NCBI RefSeq assembly: GCF_006345805.1
Contig: NC_043003.1
Span: 40,796,001 to 40,860,000 of the forward strand
Direction of reading: 5' to 3'
Length of the DNA: 64,000 nucleotides
From: Octopus sinensis
Taxonomy: Eukaryota
Shown piece by piece: positions 37,880-52,861 of this stretch. The notes beneath the pieces were generated by a model. It made no database searches and was not told the origin of the DNA. It saw nothing but the letters and a program-made list of their open reading frames with translations. The position numbers were made by a program, and so were the translations under genes. Positions within the stretch are counted from its first letter, which is position 1; every line of letters begins with the position of its first letter.

Positions 37880-38088
37880 TTTACATTTTGGCACAAGGCC
37901 ATCAAACCTGGTGGAGGAGTAAGTTAATTACATCGACCTCAGTTTTCAACTGGTATTTATTTTATCGATCCCGAAGACTGACAGATAAAGTCGACCTCGC
38001 CGGAATCTGTACTCATTTCGTTAAAACCGACAAAATGCCGCTAAGCAATGTGCCCAGCGTGGTAACGATTCTGCCTTCTCGTCGCCTT
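37880..38088 (-). mobile_element. SINE family A, degraded
   Basis: tttatcgatcccgaagactgacagataaagtcgacctcgccggaatc. Confidence 0.8.
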
Positions 38089-39306
38089 TTGCTGATTTCT
38101 TTTTAATAACACATTGTAACTAATGGATGTATGTCCATCCGCACCCCTAGTCTATGGTTCTTAGCTTCATATCCGTAATACTGCCACATTAGACTGGTAA
38201 ATTTTCGGGATACATTTAAAAAATAAACGAAGAACCTCTTATACACTAGTGATGTGTGTATGAATGTGCATGAATGCTTATGAGTGTGTACGTGTGTATA
38301 TGAGTGCCCACTCCTTTCTGTCCAATTGTATACTGTTAGTATTGGTCAACACGTGGCTGTATTACAACTACTTACACATTTAGCCGCGTAAGAACCACTA
38401 ACTGAAAATCACGCCTTCAGGAAGCGAACTTCTTAACCACCCAGCCATGCATCCGAACAAGTATCTATATTTTTACATGTGTGTATTTGTGTCTGTGTGT
38501 ATAGAGATTAAGTACATGTTTGTATATGCGTTCCGAAAATGTTTGAAAGTGCTTGTTCATTAGACATATTCTCACATACACAAAATATGTTAATGTTTTG
38601 ATAACGACTTTGAAGTAGCGATCAAGGAAAGCAAACTAACGCATTATCTTCATCGCCATATTTATTTATATTTATATTTGTGTATTTATACATTATTAAT
38701 ATTTTACAACGTTCTGTTTTGTGTCTCCTTAGACTCGTTCCTACTTCAATGATGAAAAAATAATTTTTACTGGGTTTAGAAGTTGATAATGACTTATAAT
38801 TGCTATTCAGATGAGTTGTTCCCTTCTTCCGCCATTACAGATTTACAAAGTATTTTGGCGGTCGATTTAACGGTTAATTTCTCATCAGTTAAGACAGTGC
38901 ACGGGAAACGGGACAACATTGTGTATATAACAACATATACATATATACCTGCATATGTTCATACATATATACATACATGCATACATATATAAAAGTTACA
39001 TACATATATATCCATGAGTTTCCATAAATATGTAGATATATGTGTGTTTGTGTATGTGTTTGTGTATGTGTTTGTGTCTATACATTTGTACATAAATCTA
39101 AATAAATGTTCGTATATACATATACATGCGCACATACATACATATATTCACATACACACACAGACACGCATAGATATATACTGATATATATACTCATATG
39201 TATTCACACACACTCACACAGACACAAACACACGCTAAACAGGCACACACGCACAAAAGGACACAGATAATTATATATGCCCTTGCGCGGTGGAGAGTAT
39301 ATGTAT

Positions 39307-39373
<67 letters not shown>

Positions 39374-39544
39374 GTGTGTGTGTGTGTATAGGGAACAGAT
39401 ATTATGAATATGTGATGGGACAGAGCAAGCATTTATCTTTTTTATGATACGTTCAAAATTTCAGAAGAGTTTCTTGAAGTTTATTTAGAAAATAAATTAC
39501 AAATGTCATGAATAATGCTTCTAAGTTGTCATAAGTCTCACCCA

Positions 39545-39975
<431 letters not shown>

Positions 39976-41518
39976 CCTTTGTTTTGCGGGGTTAATGTTC
40001 TTTACATTCAATATTTCATTCATCTTTGTTTTCGTTCTTTCAAATTCTTTCGGTTGCCTTTAGTTGTTTTTCTTTCTTTTAACCAATTTCCCATTTTCTT
40101 CTTTCTTGCCTCCACCTTCTCACCTCCCCCTCCCTTCATCCTCCTCCCTACCATCTCCTCCCTTCATCCTCGTCCCTACCACCTTCTCCCTTCATCCCCC
40201 TCCATACCACCTTTTTTTTCTCTTCCTCTTTCTCCCCATCTCTTCTTTCCCTTTTCCTCCTCTTGTAAGTATGAATATGCTTCGACTTTTTTTTCATCTT
40301 TCTGTTTTCTTTTTCTATATGCTGGCTTAGTTCGATGGGCTAAATTATTTACAGAGTGAGAAGGGGAATTATATGATAAAGCGAAATGCGATTGAACTGT
40401 TGAATTGAAAAGAAGTTCCCTGGAAAATACATTGGTACAGTGTCCTGTAAGCAGCTTGTGAACAAATGCATGCATCTTTCCCCTAGCATCTCTAAAAAGA
40501 GACTAATACTGTGATCTCACTTTCAGTTTATACGTCCGAGATCCCATTGTGAGCTTATATATGCACAGATATATTCGCTCTTGTGATTTATTTAAAACTA
40601 CATGCATTTGCAGAACAAATAAAGTTAATCAACATCAAGTTTATGAAAATAAAATAAATTTAGTATAAGGAAATGTATCTGATGGATGTTTAAAGTCAAT
40701 TTCTTGACCCAATAATAAGTGGAAGATTGAACATGCTTTGGAAATTGTACTAGTCGCGAGACCATATGAAGTTGTTTGCATGCCTCTGAGTACATCTTGA
40801 TAGTATTAAGTGCTACAAAAGAACTACGAGATGTCATTCAATTACTAGTTACTACAAATAGCAATTTTGTCTTTAGCTTGGTATTTTAAGCCTCAACATT
40901 ACTTCAAATAGTAAATGTAATTTTATAATCATAGCTGAATAATTCATTTGATGTTTGTTGCTTCTTACACAGCAAACGCTACTTAGATATACTCAATATC
41001 ATGACTGCTAACTGTTTAGCAGGCATGATTGACACTTTAAAAGAAATCAACAGAAAAATAATCAAACATGTACAAACACTAAAGTGCACCTTATATATTC
41101 TCTATACAGATGATAGCTTCACATTTGTAACTTATTTGATGGCAGCAATTAACCGTGTTCTCTTTGAGTCAATAACACCAAAATCTAAATGTATACATAT
41201 ACCAACAGACCCACATATACGAATGTTACAAATATGAGCTTCAAATTAGTATACTCAGTCGATAATTAGTAAATGATGCAACATATTTTGTACATCCCGT
41301 TGTTCTGTGCGTCCCGTTATATTGATTCTAAGCAAGAGATAAAAATCTAAACATTTTAAATTCTAAGATGTGTAAGAAAGTATAATAAACGAGATCAGTC
41401 TTTAAAATGTAAAGCGTTAAAGAATAAATGTCCTTTTTGAACAGAAATTCATAGAGTTTGTGGAGCTATGTCCCGGTAGCTGTTGGTCACTAAATATATA
41501 TATATAAATATATATATT

Positions 41519-41740
41519 CTATTTCTTTACTACCCACAAGGGGCTACACACAGCGGGGACAGACAAACGGATTAAGTCGATTATATCGACCCCAGTGCGT
41601 AACTGGTACTTATTTAATCGACTCCGAAAGGATGAAAGGCAAAGTCGACCTCGGCGGAATTTGAACTCAGAAGGTAGCGGCTGACGAAATACAGCTAAGC
41701 ATTTCGCCTAGCGTGCTAACGATTCTGCCAGCTCGCCGCT
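41519..41740 (-). mobile_element. SINE family A, near full length
   Basis: Highly similar to 36809-37033. Confidence 0.92.
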
Positions 41741-42038
41741 CTATATATATATATTCGTCAACATCTGCAAATTTCTAAATAGGATATACAACTATTAGGA
41801 AACTCAAGAGTTCTGTCACTCAAATTCTAAAATTATGAAGAATTTAGGAGAAGGCTTCACCCTTGGCCAGTAGACAAATAGCTAATTAGATTTAATATGT
41901 AACTGGAGACAGAGGATTATTTGTAGTCGAATATACGGAGGGAAAATCACAGAAATTGCGAACAATTTTTAGTTAGGCACACATAGAAAATCAGATAATT
42001 TGTAATCTGGTATACGTGTTAAAAACCGCATAACGTAT

Positions 42039-42183
42039 GGCGCAGGTTATGTGGTAAGAAACTTGCTTCCCAACCACGGGGTTCTGCGTTAATACCCACT
42101 GTGTAGCACCTTGGGCAAGCGTCTTCTACTATAGCCTCAGACCGACCAAGGCATAGTTAGTGGATTTGGTAGATGGAAACTGG
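42039..42183 (+). mobile_element. SINE family B, 5' half
   Basis: gtggtaagaaacttgcttcccaaccacgg...ccttgggcaagcgtcttctactatagcc. Confidence 0.85.
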
Positions 42184-42979
42184 TTATGCATGGACAAAAT
42201 TCATACTCTCGGCGAGTCTATAAGTATTCAAACCAGTTAAAACGTTTAGATTTTAGAAATGCATTTGAAAATTCAAATCCGACGAAAGGCAACAGTGTAA
42301 ATATGGCTTTACAGAAGAGGAGTGGTATGGCAGAGAAACCGTATGACACGCTGGGTTAGAATTTCGGGTAACAATTGAAACATATCACACATGTTCTGTA
42401 ATCTGAGTCCTCCAAGAAACAGTAATTATACTTAACTGCTTCACATTGCGCAAAAATAATTAAACACATTTTAACAACAAACACACCCGTGATGAAATGT
42501 ATAAAAATGTTGAAAGTGTATCAGGTGTGAGGTTTAACAAGTTTGAATACACTACGAAAATGTGTTCGGAAACACGATTTAAAATGTGTCTGATAAGCAA
42601 AAGTTTTTTTTTTTCTAATATTATCACAAAATAATAGCGGATTTTACCACCTTTCGTAAACCTGAATTACACTATGGTACATCACAGAGTTTGGCTATAC
42701 AAATAAACATTATTACTGGGTTAAAGGTTTTCACCGTGTGTTGAGACTACAATGTACTTTCAAATATCAAATACAGTGACACTTACACTAGTACATGAAC
42801 TAAAACATACATAATAGCATGAAATTGACGAAGATAAAATATCATTTATAACACCTGAATTAGACATCTGACATATTTTGCACGGCTGATGGCGTCTCTC
42901 TGTGTCAGCAATCTCTTATTCATAATGTATTACCTAGTCCAGAATGAATTAGCCAAAACAACATATCTCTGTCTGTCTG

Positions 42980-43166
42980 TCATTCACTATCTCTCTTTCT
43001 CTCTCCCTCATTCCCTCCCTCCCCCCTCTCTCTCTTCTATATATATATATATATTTATGAATATAGCGAGATATATACATGTGTTTACATACATACACAC
43101 CCACATACAACCACGCACACAGACACGCACTATACTTATACACCCACCACACACACATATATATAC

Positions 43167-43221
<55 letters not shown>

Positions 43222-43475
43222 AGCAAACACACTCACACACATAAATATAATCACTACGTATGCAACACAGGCAAGTGCTTATACAAATGCGCACATACAA
43301 ATATATTTACATGCACACTTTTACGCACACATACTCATAGGTATTTATGTATATACATGCCTGCATAAACGCGCATTAAATCTACATATTTATGTGTGCG
43401 TATTTGCACGTGTTCATACATATATATATATATATATATATAAATATATGCACTGACACATATACATGATTATCC

Positions 43476-43521
<46 letters not shown>

Positions 43522-43844
43522 TTATCTATCTATCAACATATGTAAATATATAGTTATATACTACACATATATATATACATATATATATGCGTGTGTGTAT
43601 GCGTATGTATATATACATACACACATACATCCAGCTCTCATATATGACGCTTCCCAAGTACCTTTGTGAGTCAGTGTACGAAAGTTCAGGAATTTACCTT
43701 AAAGTCTCACTGTGAATGATTAGGAAGAGCCATCAAAAACATACCCAGGAGTGCAATGAAAAATAGAGCTGAAGTAAAATAAAGAGTTATGAAAACTATT
43801 ACACACATATGTATGTACGTATACACATATACATAGCATAAGCC

Positions 43845-43881
<37 letters not shown>

Positions 43882-43885
43882 CGTA

Positions 43886-43917
<32 letters not shown>

Positions 43918-44044
43918 TGTATATGCATGTATAATCATATACATTATAAATAATATATACGTATAATATATGTATATATAATATGCATATATATATAATA
44001 TAATATATATATATATTATATATATATATAATATATATATATAT

Positions 44045-44077
<33 letters not shown>

Positions 44078-44904
44078 ATATTTATATATTATATTTATAT
44101 ATATATATATGTGTACATGAGCCTACTCTGAAGCTCTTCTGGAAGAAAAGTAAAACACAAAAATTATTCGTAAAGAAATAGAATTAAAAAGAGTCCAATT
44201 CAGAATGGCGTAATAACGAAACGATTCAATTTGTCTGCAGAATGAAGAAAAAAGTAAATAATTGCTGACGTTAATATGCTGGCAATGAAATTGCTGCCGG
44301 GAGAGGAAAGGAAATGGAATTGGTATAAAATGAAATAAAAGGGATAAAAAAAAATTTAAAAAGAAGAAGAAAATTAAAAAAAGGATGAGAAAAAGAAATC
44401 AAAATATAAAAACAAAATGAGAAAAGGACGGATGCTGATAGAAAATATACGAAATGAGAGAAAATTGACTCCCCGTTTCCTGTGAAAGGATTACAATAGA
44501 TTTTAGTGGGATTGCGTTGGAAAGAAGATGAGAGAATTATAATGGAGATTACAGATTTTTTTTTTAGGGACGAATAAAATATCGTAGAAATACGGTAGTG
44601 GAAAAATTGTTATATATGTGTGCGTTGGTGCGTTAGTACATACAACTTGTGTGTGCTATATATATACATAACACAGATATATGTGGATGTACATATTTCT
44701 ATATACATGCAAATTATATGTGTTTATATCGGTAAATTTATATATATGGAATATGTATATATATATATATGGTATATATATATATGTATATATATAATAT
44801 ATATGTATATATATATATACATAAGTATATATATATATATATTAATTTATAATATATATATATATATATATATGTGTGTGGATATATATATATATATATA
44901 TAGG

Positions 44905-44940
<36 letters not shown>

Positions 44941-44948
44941 TATATAGG

Positions 44949-44998
<50 letters not shown>

Positions 44999-45050
44999 TA
45001 TATATTATATATATATATATATAGTATATATATATATTATATATTAATAT
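42980..45050. repeat. (CT)/(TA)/(CA)/(TCTA) low-complexity tracts with short unique spacers
   Basis: Directly visible; unique islands at about 43630-43800 and 44110-44620. Confidence 0.85.
43711..43768 (-). CDS. Hypothetical 58-nt exon encoding a signal-peptide-like stretch (ALFFIALLGMFLMALPNHS)
   Basis: Acceptor ctttattttacttcAG, donor CA|GTGAGA; open in phase 1 to phase 2. Confidence 0.3.
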
Positions 45051-45315
45051 AAATATGCGTGAATTAACGTGTATGTGTGTGTATATGTAGATATATGAGT
45101 ATGCGATTGCGTGTAGAACATATTTTAATAATTTTTATATATTTGTTTCCATTACAAATTTATATGAAATGCGTTTTTAATAAATATCTATATTCATAGA
45201 CATGCAGATATAGCATGGTTATCCATATACCTATCTACCTAGGAATCTCTGTCTCTGTCACTTCGTTTTCTCTCTGTTTCTCTCTGTATGGGTGTATACA
45301 CATTTACACAAATAC

Positions 45316-45328
45316 CCTGCATGTGCAT
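45316..45328 (-). CDS. Hypothetical start exon (MHMQ, phase 1)
   Basis: ATGCACATGCAGG|GTATTT, phase-compatible with 43711-43768. It was found by searching for a compatible start, so support is weak. Confidence 0.15.
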
Positions 45329-45457
45329 AGATGAACATGCTCAGAGAATCTGTGCAATTTGACTCATCGTGCATTTGCACCTGGAATAATGTAGCTAGGA
45401 AGCAAACTTTCCGGTTGTTCGTGGGCTTCTGTCTCCATATGAATGAATCTGTTTCTA

Positions 45458-45806
<349 letters not shown>

Positions 45807-46629
45807 CACCTACACCTATCTGTCGACTGCAAGAGATTTTCTCCGTAATAAAATACAGTTAATGGCTTTCTTACGGGTACGAATATGCCTCAAGCATATT
45901 TGAACTAATATCAAATTTGTGTGTATGTATGTATGTGTATAATACTTTCTCTCTCTTTCTCACACACACAAACACATATTTATATATATATAAATCATTA
46001 AATCTCGCAGAAGATATGGCTGATGTACTTGTATAACTATTTCGTCAGTAAAACATTCATCTTCACAAGTGGTTGCACTATGATCTGTATCCCAAGCGTG
46101 ATACACCGCAGTTGGAGAGGATAGGACTGTTGAACTCATGTCGATTCAAATATACTGTCTATATGTATCTTGGCAACATTGAAATTCACGCATCTTACAA
46201 CATTCATAAGCGTCATTCTTCGTTTGAATATATATCACATGGATGGAATTGAATTAGATTTCCCATGTTCAGTCCGCTGCAGGACGAAGGCCTCAACATG
46301 TTCTCTCCAACCAACCTAGTCTGACGTAGAGGCCATGAATTTTAGCTTGGGATCATATTGTTTGATGACCTTACTCTTGCACGAGATGCCTTGGTAGAGA
46401 GATGTAGATTTTATACTCATATTCAGGAGTAATTAATACGTTTACATTGACCCTAACGTTCAGCTGGTACTTATTTTATCGACCCCCCAAAACGATAAAA
46501 GATAAAGTTATTTTAATCTAAAGCTGCTTCAAAGGCAGATATTGAATTAATTTTATTTTGGTCAGCTTCCGCAATAATCAGTGAAAATTTGGTTTGGTGA
46601 TATAAATATTTGAACAGCTATTCTAATGT

Positions 46630-47530
46630 TACCTCCGAATATCCGAGGCCTTTTGTCGCTGTGGAGACCAAATGAGGACAGAATATTAGCAGCTGCTGTT
46701 GCACCGATCTCATTCTGTGCATATTCCGTGTGTTGTATCGGATTCTTTGTGACGAGACATATATCTCAGCTCGGAGTTGAAAACAAACTTAGCGATCTTA
46801 GTGTCCTTCACAGAAACCTGTACCATACACAGCTCAAATGCCGCTCCAACAGCATGGGCTCAACTCTTGGCATAACTGTACGCTGCAAGATCTCCTGATG
46901 GTAGTTCACATCAATAAATGTTTATTACAGATTTCAGCTTGCATTTGTTGTGCTAAGGATACAGTTTCTAGGTTTTGGCTGAACACAACAGATAGAAGAA
47001 CGCTTCTATTCGGTGTTGGTTTCTATTTTGTTGGCAGTTTCATACCTCATTGTTTCCACTGATGTTTATTATTGAAGTTCTTTTGAGGACCGCCGTAGTC
47101 TTTATTCGGCGGAACATTTCCTTATCAAAGCTTTTCTCATCAGAAATCGTACAACCTACGTACAAAGATATTTTCTTTTATCATGCGTAGAGACTGATTT
47201 TCAATTCTCAATTTACTGATAATCTTCGGACTTTGGAAGACTGAGCCGATCAGTCATCAGTGAAGAGAATTTCGTGAATGCATACACTGCAACACTACCT
47301 TGTGTATCTTACCCATAATACGTTGAACAACTCAACATTGATTTTCGCACGTAAACACATACTACCCTTGACTCTTTCATCATGTCTTTAACCATGACAC
47401 ACTGCAATAACGTAAATAGCTCTGGATCGAGAAGAAAGCTCTACTTTACTCCATAGACAACCAGTAAGGGTTCGAGCTGTCGTCGCTTCCCTGTGAGGTT
47501 ATACCAGCATCGTATTTTTCCTGAAACTGA
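46630..47530 (-). mobile_element. Old RTE-clade LINE fragment (RT and C-terminus)
   Basis: Minus-strand translation: EPLLVVYGVK*SFLLDPELF (GVKQGCxLAPxLF), IHEILFTDD (ELLFADD), YVGCTISDEKSFDKEM..RI (YLGSTIS..LDKEI..RI), ELPSG, and ILSSFGLHSDKR (zinc-finger remnant). Confidence 0.8.
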
Positions 47531-47532
47531 CA

Positions 47533-47545
47533 AATAATAATAATG

Positions 47546-47591
<46 letters not shown>

Positions 47592-47634
47592 GAAGAAGAA
47601 GAAGAATGATAATAATAATAATAACAATAATAAC

Positions 47635-47698
<64 letters not shown>

Positions 47699-47720
47699 GT
47701 AATAAAACAACAATAATAAT
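47533..47720. repeat. (AAT)n microsatellite with (AAG)/(AAC) variants
   Basis: Directly visible. Confidence 0.95.
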
Positions 47721-48625
47721 AAAACTAAAAATAGAACAGCAAATAACGATGATAAAACGATGGCAAGAAAATCACCTTCATGGCAAATACTGGACTAAAC
47801 TAAATGCAAAAGAAATAGACAAAGAAAAATCCCAACAATGGTTGAGAAGCTCAGGACTCAAAACAGAGACAGGGGGATTTTTAATTGCAGCACAAGACTA
47901 AAGCCTCCCCACCAGAAATTACCAAAAACAGGTAATGAAAAGAAATATAACAAGTAACTGCAGAATATGTGGAGATGGACAAGAAACAATAAATCATATT
48001 ACCTCTGGCTGCCCAGTCCTGGCTAAGAAGGAATATATTCACAGACGCGATCGAGTTGGGATCTATATACACTGGAAACTATGCCAACATTATGGAATAA
48101 CAACAGAAAAAGATGGTATAGGCACACACCAGAAAAGGTCACAGAAAACGAGAAAGCAACCATACTCTGGGATATGCCAATACACACAGATAGAGAAATT
48201 AAGGCCAACAGACCAGATATAGTTGTCAGAGATCATGAAGAAAAAAAAATGTTTTCTAATTGATGTATCAATACCAGCGGATGACAACGTGTCTCTAAAA
48301 GAAATGGAGAAACTTTCAAAATACAAAGACCTGGAAATGGAGGTAACCAGAATGTGGAATCTAAAAACAGAATCAATTCCTATCATAATAGGTGCATTAG
48401 GCATGATAAAAAAATATTCAGACAAATACATAACAAAAACACCAGGACTTACAAACACATATAACTTACAGAAAATTGCACTACTAGGCACTGCACACAT
48501 CCTACGCAGAACACTTTCCATACAATAACCATCAGAGCATCACAAAAAATCACAGCACATACCCAAGGCACACAGAGCTGCGCTCGGTAATGAAGTGAAA
48601 GCACGTTATGAAAATAAAACTACTG
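47721..48625 (+). mobile_element. 5'-truncated Dong/R4-clade retrotransposon (CCHC, restriction-like endonuclease, 3' UTR)
   Basis: CRICG..ETINHITSGC (CCHC), NRPDIVV..LIDVSIP.D.N...KE.EK..KYKDL (PD-(D/E)xK RLE), ORF end 48528, two frameshifts and one stop, (AAT)n on both sides. Confidence 0.95.
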
Positions 48626-48639
48626 AATAATAATAATAA

Positions 48640-48695
<56 letters not shown>

Positions 48696-48724
48696 ATAAA
48701 TAAATAAATAAATAAATAAATAAA
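48626..48724. repeat. (AAT)n then (AAAT)n
   Basis: Directly visible. Confidence 0.95.
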
Positions 48725-50379
48725 GACTTCATGCGTAAATCTTATTTTGAAGAATTCTTTCATCTTTTTTTTCATCAAGCAGTTATTACCCTGGAGGTAT
48801 TTTTAAATTAGGAAAAGGATCAGCAAATCCAAATCGATTTTCCATTAATTTCATCTGACGCTTACGTTGAATCATTCTATGACCAATACAAACCTCCGTT
48901 TTACAAGCAAAGTGATATCGTGCGATTAGTACTATCTCATTTACTGAAGTTAGCTGACAATCCAATTCGCGAATGTCGTTTGCAGAAGGAAGACTTGTTG
49001 CAGCACTTAAGGAAAATTAAGGGATCGTGTCAGAGGTGTAAACGCCTGGACTTGTCAATTGTTTATAGCTCAGTTCGTTTGTGAAATGCCTGAGAATTAA
49101 TCGATCAGAATATGATATGTTCGGCAGGTTATGTCTAACATAACAAATTCTGTTTACCTCTATATATGCAGAAACAATGCAAGGAGCTTCCTGATGGATG
49201 ATAGCACGGATAGTTGATCTCCTTTCAATAGCATAGATAAGTTACTATGAATCAGTCCTAAATTAGACGAGCACATTAATGGTTAACCTTATTTGAAAAT
49301 GTGATTTTCACAGGTCGTCTTTCTTTAAACAGCATTTTTCTTGCTCAGTTCAGAGTAAATGAAGCAAATATAAATATTACAAATATTCGCTATTATCGAA
49401 AAAAATAGAGGTACATTCTTACATTTATTTCACTTACACCGAGAATTTAAAACGCTTAAAGTTCCTTTAGTTACTCTTATTTATAATGTAATGCATCGTG
49501 AACAGGGATTAAGCTTCTCTCTTCGCTCCTTTGCGCCACATGGGCTCAATTCCTCGCCCCTCGTCATCTAACCTTCCTCCTCTCTCCTCTCTTCCTCTCA
49601 CGCCCACTTCCCACCCACCTCTCCTCTCTTGCTCTGACACCTACCTCCCCTCTTCACTCCTACCCAGCTTCTCCCTTCCACCTTCTCCCTTCATCGTCTC
49701 CCCTCTCTCGTTACCCCACCTCTACATCCCTATAATCGTCTTGCATTCTATCAATAAATATGTTTTAAAATGAAGTCCTATAGATGCGCTGGTTAATCTA
49801 TGGTTTTCACCATTCTTTAATTATTTGCATTGGTTCCTAATAAACTTTTGTTTATCCTGTTGTTACCTACGCTCGACGTATATGGCGTCCCTGCACACCA
49901 TTACCAGGTGTTAACACAGGTAGCGGATACTGATAGTATATATGTATATTTTATCCCATACTCAGTTACTACAACCGCTAACTCTATTTATATTTAACCG
50001 GGTACGTGCGTATCACGTCAGGTCGCAATGGGAAGGACGGCTTCCTTTGCAAATATGGATAGGGCACAGAAAATGTGTCAAGAGCCAGCTGGAGAAGATG
50101 TCCTCCTGCGGCTACAAGCTACTGTTGCATCCATCCTTAGTGGTTAGCCACACTTAAGTGGTAATTATACTTCACATTATATAGATATGTATATACATTT
50201 TGCTCTGTTAAAATATTTGAGAAAAATTACATTAATATGCACGACTAGCTGCAATTCTATTTTATATATTTGTGCAGCTGAAGATGGCACTACATTTAAA
50301 TTGATGTAATGATATATACATATATATATATGAATATACATATATGTATGTATATGCATATATATATATATATATATAT

Positions 50380-50414
<35 letters not shown>

Positions 50415-50419
<5 letters not shown>

Positions 50420-50787
50420 TCAGTCATTTGATTGTGGTCATGCTGGAGTACAGTCTTTAGCCGAAGAAATCAGACCCAGGACTCATTCTTTGCAAGTATA
50501 GTGATTGTTCTATCGGTCTCATTTACCGAGCCGTTAAGTCGCAGGGAGGTAACCACACCAACATCGGTTGTCAAGAGAGAGTGGAGGGACAAACACAGAC
50601 ACGCGCACACAAGTACAGACACATACATACGACGGGCTTCTTTCAGTTTCCGTCTACCAAATCCATTCACAAGGCTTTGGTCGGCCCAAGGCTATAGAAG
50701 AAGACACTAACCCAATGTACCAAGCATGGGAGTAAACCTGGAACCATGTGGTTGGGAAGCAAGCTCCTCACCACATATCCACGCCTG
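50415..50787 (-). mobile_element. SINE family B, near full length
   Basis: Reverse complement of the 27921 and 55057 type. Confidence 0.9.
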
Positions 50788-50816
50788 CGCGCGCGTTAGT
50801 GTAAATATATATATTC

Positions 50817-50861
<45 letters not shown>

Positions 50862-51133
50862 ACATATACATACACGTACGTATATATCATGTTGCTATTT
50901 GAGATGACGTCTATTGTTTAGAAGATATCAAATAGGTAAATATAAATTGTACATACAATTAGCAAAAAATACAGATAAATCGATTACACTAGCTGACAAC
51001 TCCTGCGTCAATGATAACAACAACAATTGCTAAAAACAACAAGTCGAAGAAAGGCACCTGTCTATCTATACATCTATCTAACTACTTCGTACATCTATAT
51101 TTATGTGTATATATATATATATATATACATATG

Positions 51134-51168
<35 letters not shown>

Positions 51169-52587
51169 ACTTACATAGACAATATTAAAATGGTTGGCCG
51201 ACTTACAAAAAAAAATGAAAATATAGTTGATAACAATTATATACTGATCATATATGGCAGGTTGACAACTGATATCCCTTGATACTCTGAAATAATTTAT
51301 ACTTCATACATCCATTCAACCACACGTACATACATACATACATACATACATGTGTGTATATATATATACACACAGATAAATGGATATGTGTATATACTTA
51401 TATATGTAAACTTACATCTATCATCTATCTATCTATCCGTGTACCCTTAGCATTATATCTCCGTGTGTACGTATGAATGTGCGTGTGATTATATGTGTGT
51501 GTGTCTGTGTGTTAATATGTGTGTCACTGTGTGTGGGTGTATGTATATACATTCAAACATACCCACACACACGCACACATATATATATACATACATACAC
51601 ACCTATATGGACATAAATAAATGAGTACATATATATGTATATGTGTTTATATATATGCATGCACCTGTGTATAATCTATATATGTTCGATTTATAAAATA
51701 CCTTATCATTTACATATTTAGAGATATATTATTAAATAAATACAAATTTCGTATATGTCAAATTTGTCAAATTTTATCTGAATTTAGAACATTCATTTCA
51801 TAGCGTTACATGTTTATTAGCTTTTAAGTGAACATACATACATACATGGATACATACAAATAATAAATAAATATAGATTAAATATAGAGGTGTGCGTGTC
51901 TTTGTATGTATAGGTGTTCTTGATTTTCATGCTAGTTTTAAAATTTTGAAATTTCAAAAAATACCGAATAAATTCTTAGAATAAGGAATTTTAAAGAAAT
52001 GGTTCGAATCATTCCCAATGGGCGCTGCTCCTGCTGACAAGCTGTCAAGTATGTGTCGTTAATGATTGGACATCTTGGTTTCCAGAAAAGAGAAAATTCA
52101 ATTCGAGTATTTTTCGAGTATTTTTCATAATTTTTAAAGACGTTAGAAGATAAGTAGTAATCTCTATGATATTTGTTTACCTACACCCACACCCACACAC
52201 ACGAGCACACACATACACACATACACACACACAATAATTAATACACATTATATATATATATAAATATGTGTGTGTGTGTATATATATATTTATATATGAA
52301 AAAACAGAAAATTGAGAAATATTGATGAACAACAATTGACTTACATCAATTATTATTTATTAATTTTATACAAATAGACTGCATCGCATCTAACAGCTAT
52401 TTCTGCTTCCAATGTTGTATGGTATGGCCATCGGTACGCTAATAATATTTATCATATTTGGTAATAGAACTGAAACTGATCTGAAACATGGAACTTCATG
52501 AAAATGAAGAATAAATACAGAAGAGCATAGACAGGAAAAAGGGAAATCTTGAATATGGTGTAATCATACCATTTTCCTTCCTTCTCC

Positions 52588-52632
<45 letters not shown>

Positions 52633-52794
52633 ATATATATATATATGTTTATATACATACATAAATACGCACACACACACACACGCACATATATATATAT
52701 ATATATATATAAACATATACATGCATGTATTCTGCATATCTCTATATACTTACTCATATACATCTATATATATACATAACCATGTGTGTGCATG

Positions 52795-52861
<67 letters not shown>

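Noticed and set aside
39979-40475. Pro/Ser/Phe-rich and Glu/Gly/Arg-rich ORFs (also 49531-49773)
   Set aside because: Products of pyrimidine/purine low-complexity tracts.
40625-40837. 70-aa minus-strand ORF with a plausible acceptor
   Set aside because: No convincing donor and no recognisable protein.
43720-43767. FHCTPGYVFDGSS resembling a Sushi/EGF motif
   Set aside because: An in-frame TAA follows immediately and the remaining cysteines are missing.
47240-47270. CTGATGA plus GACTGA/TCAGTC hairpin resembling a hammerhead
   Set aside because: No GAAA, and it coincides with the RTE reverse-transcriptase FTDD (FADD) codons.
50000-50160. GC-richer stretch with short open frames
   Set aside because: No recognisable product and weak splice boundaries.
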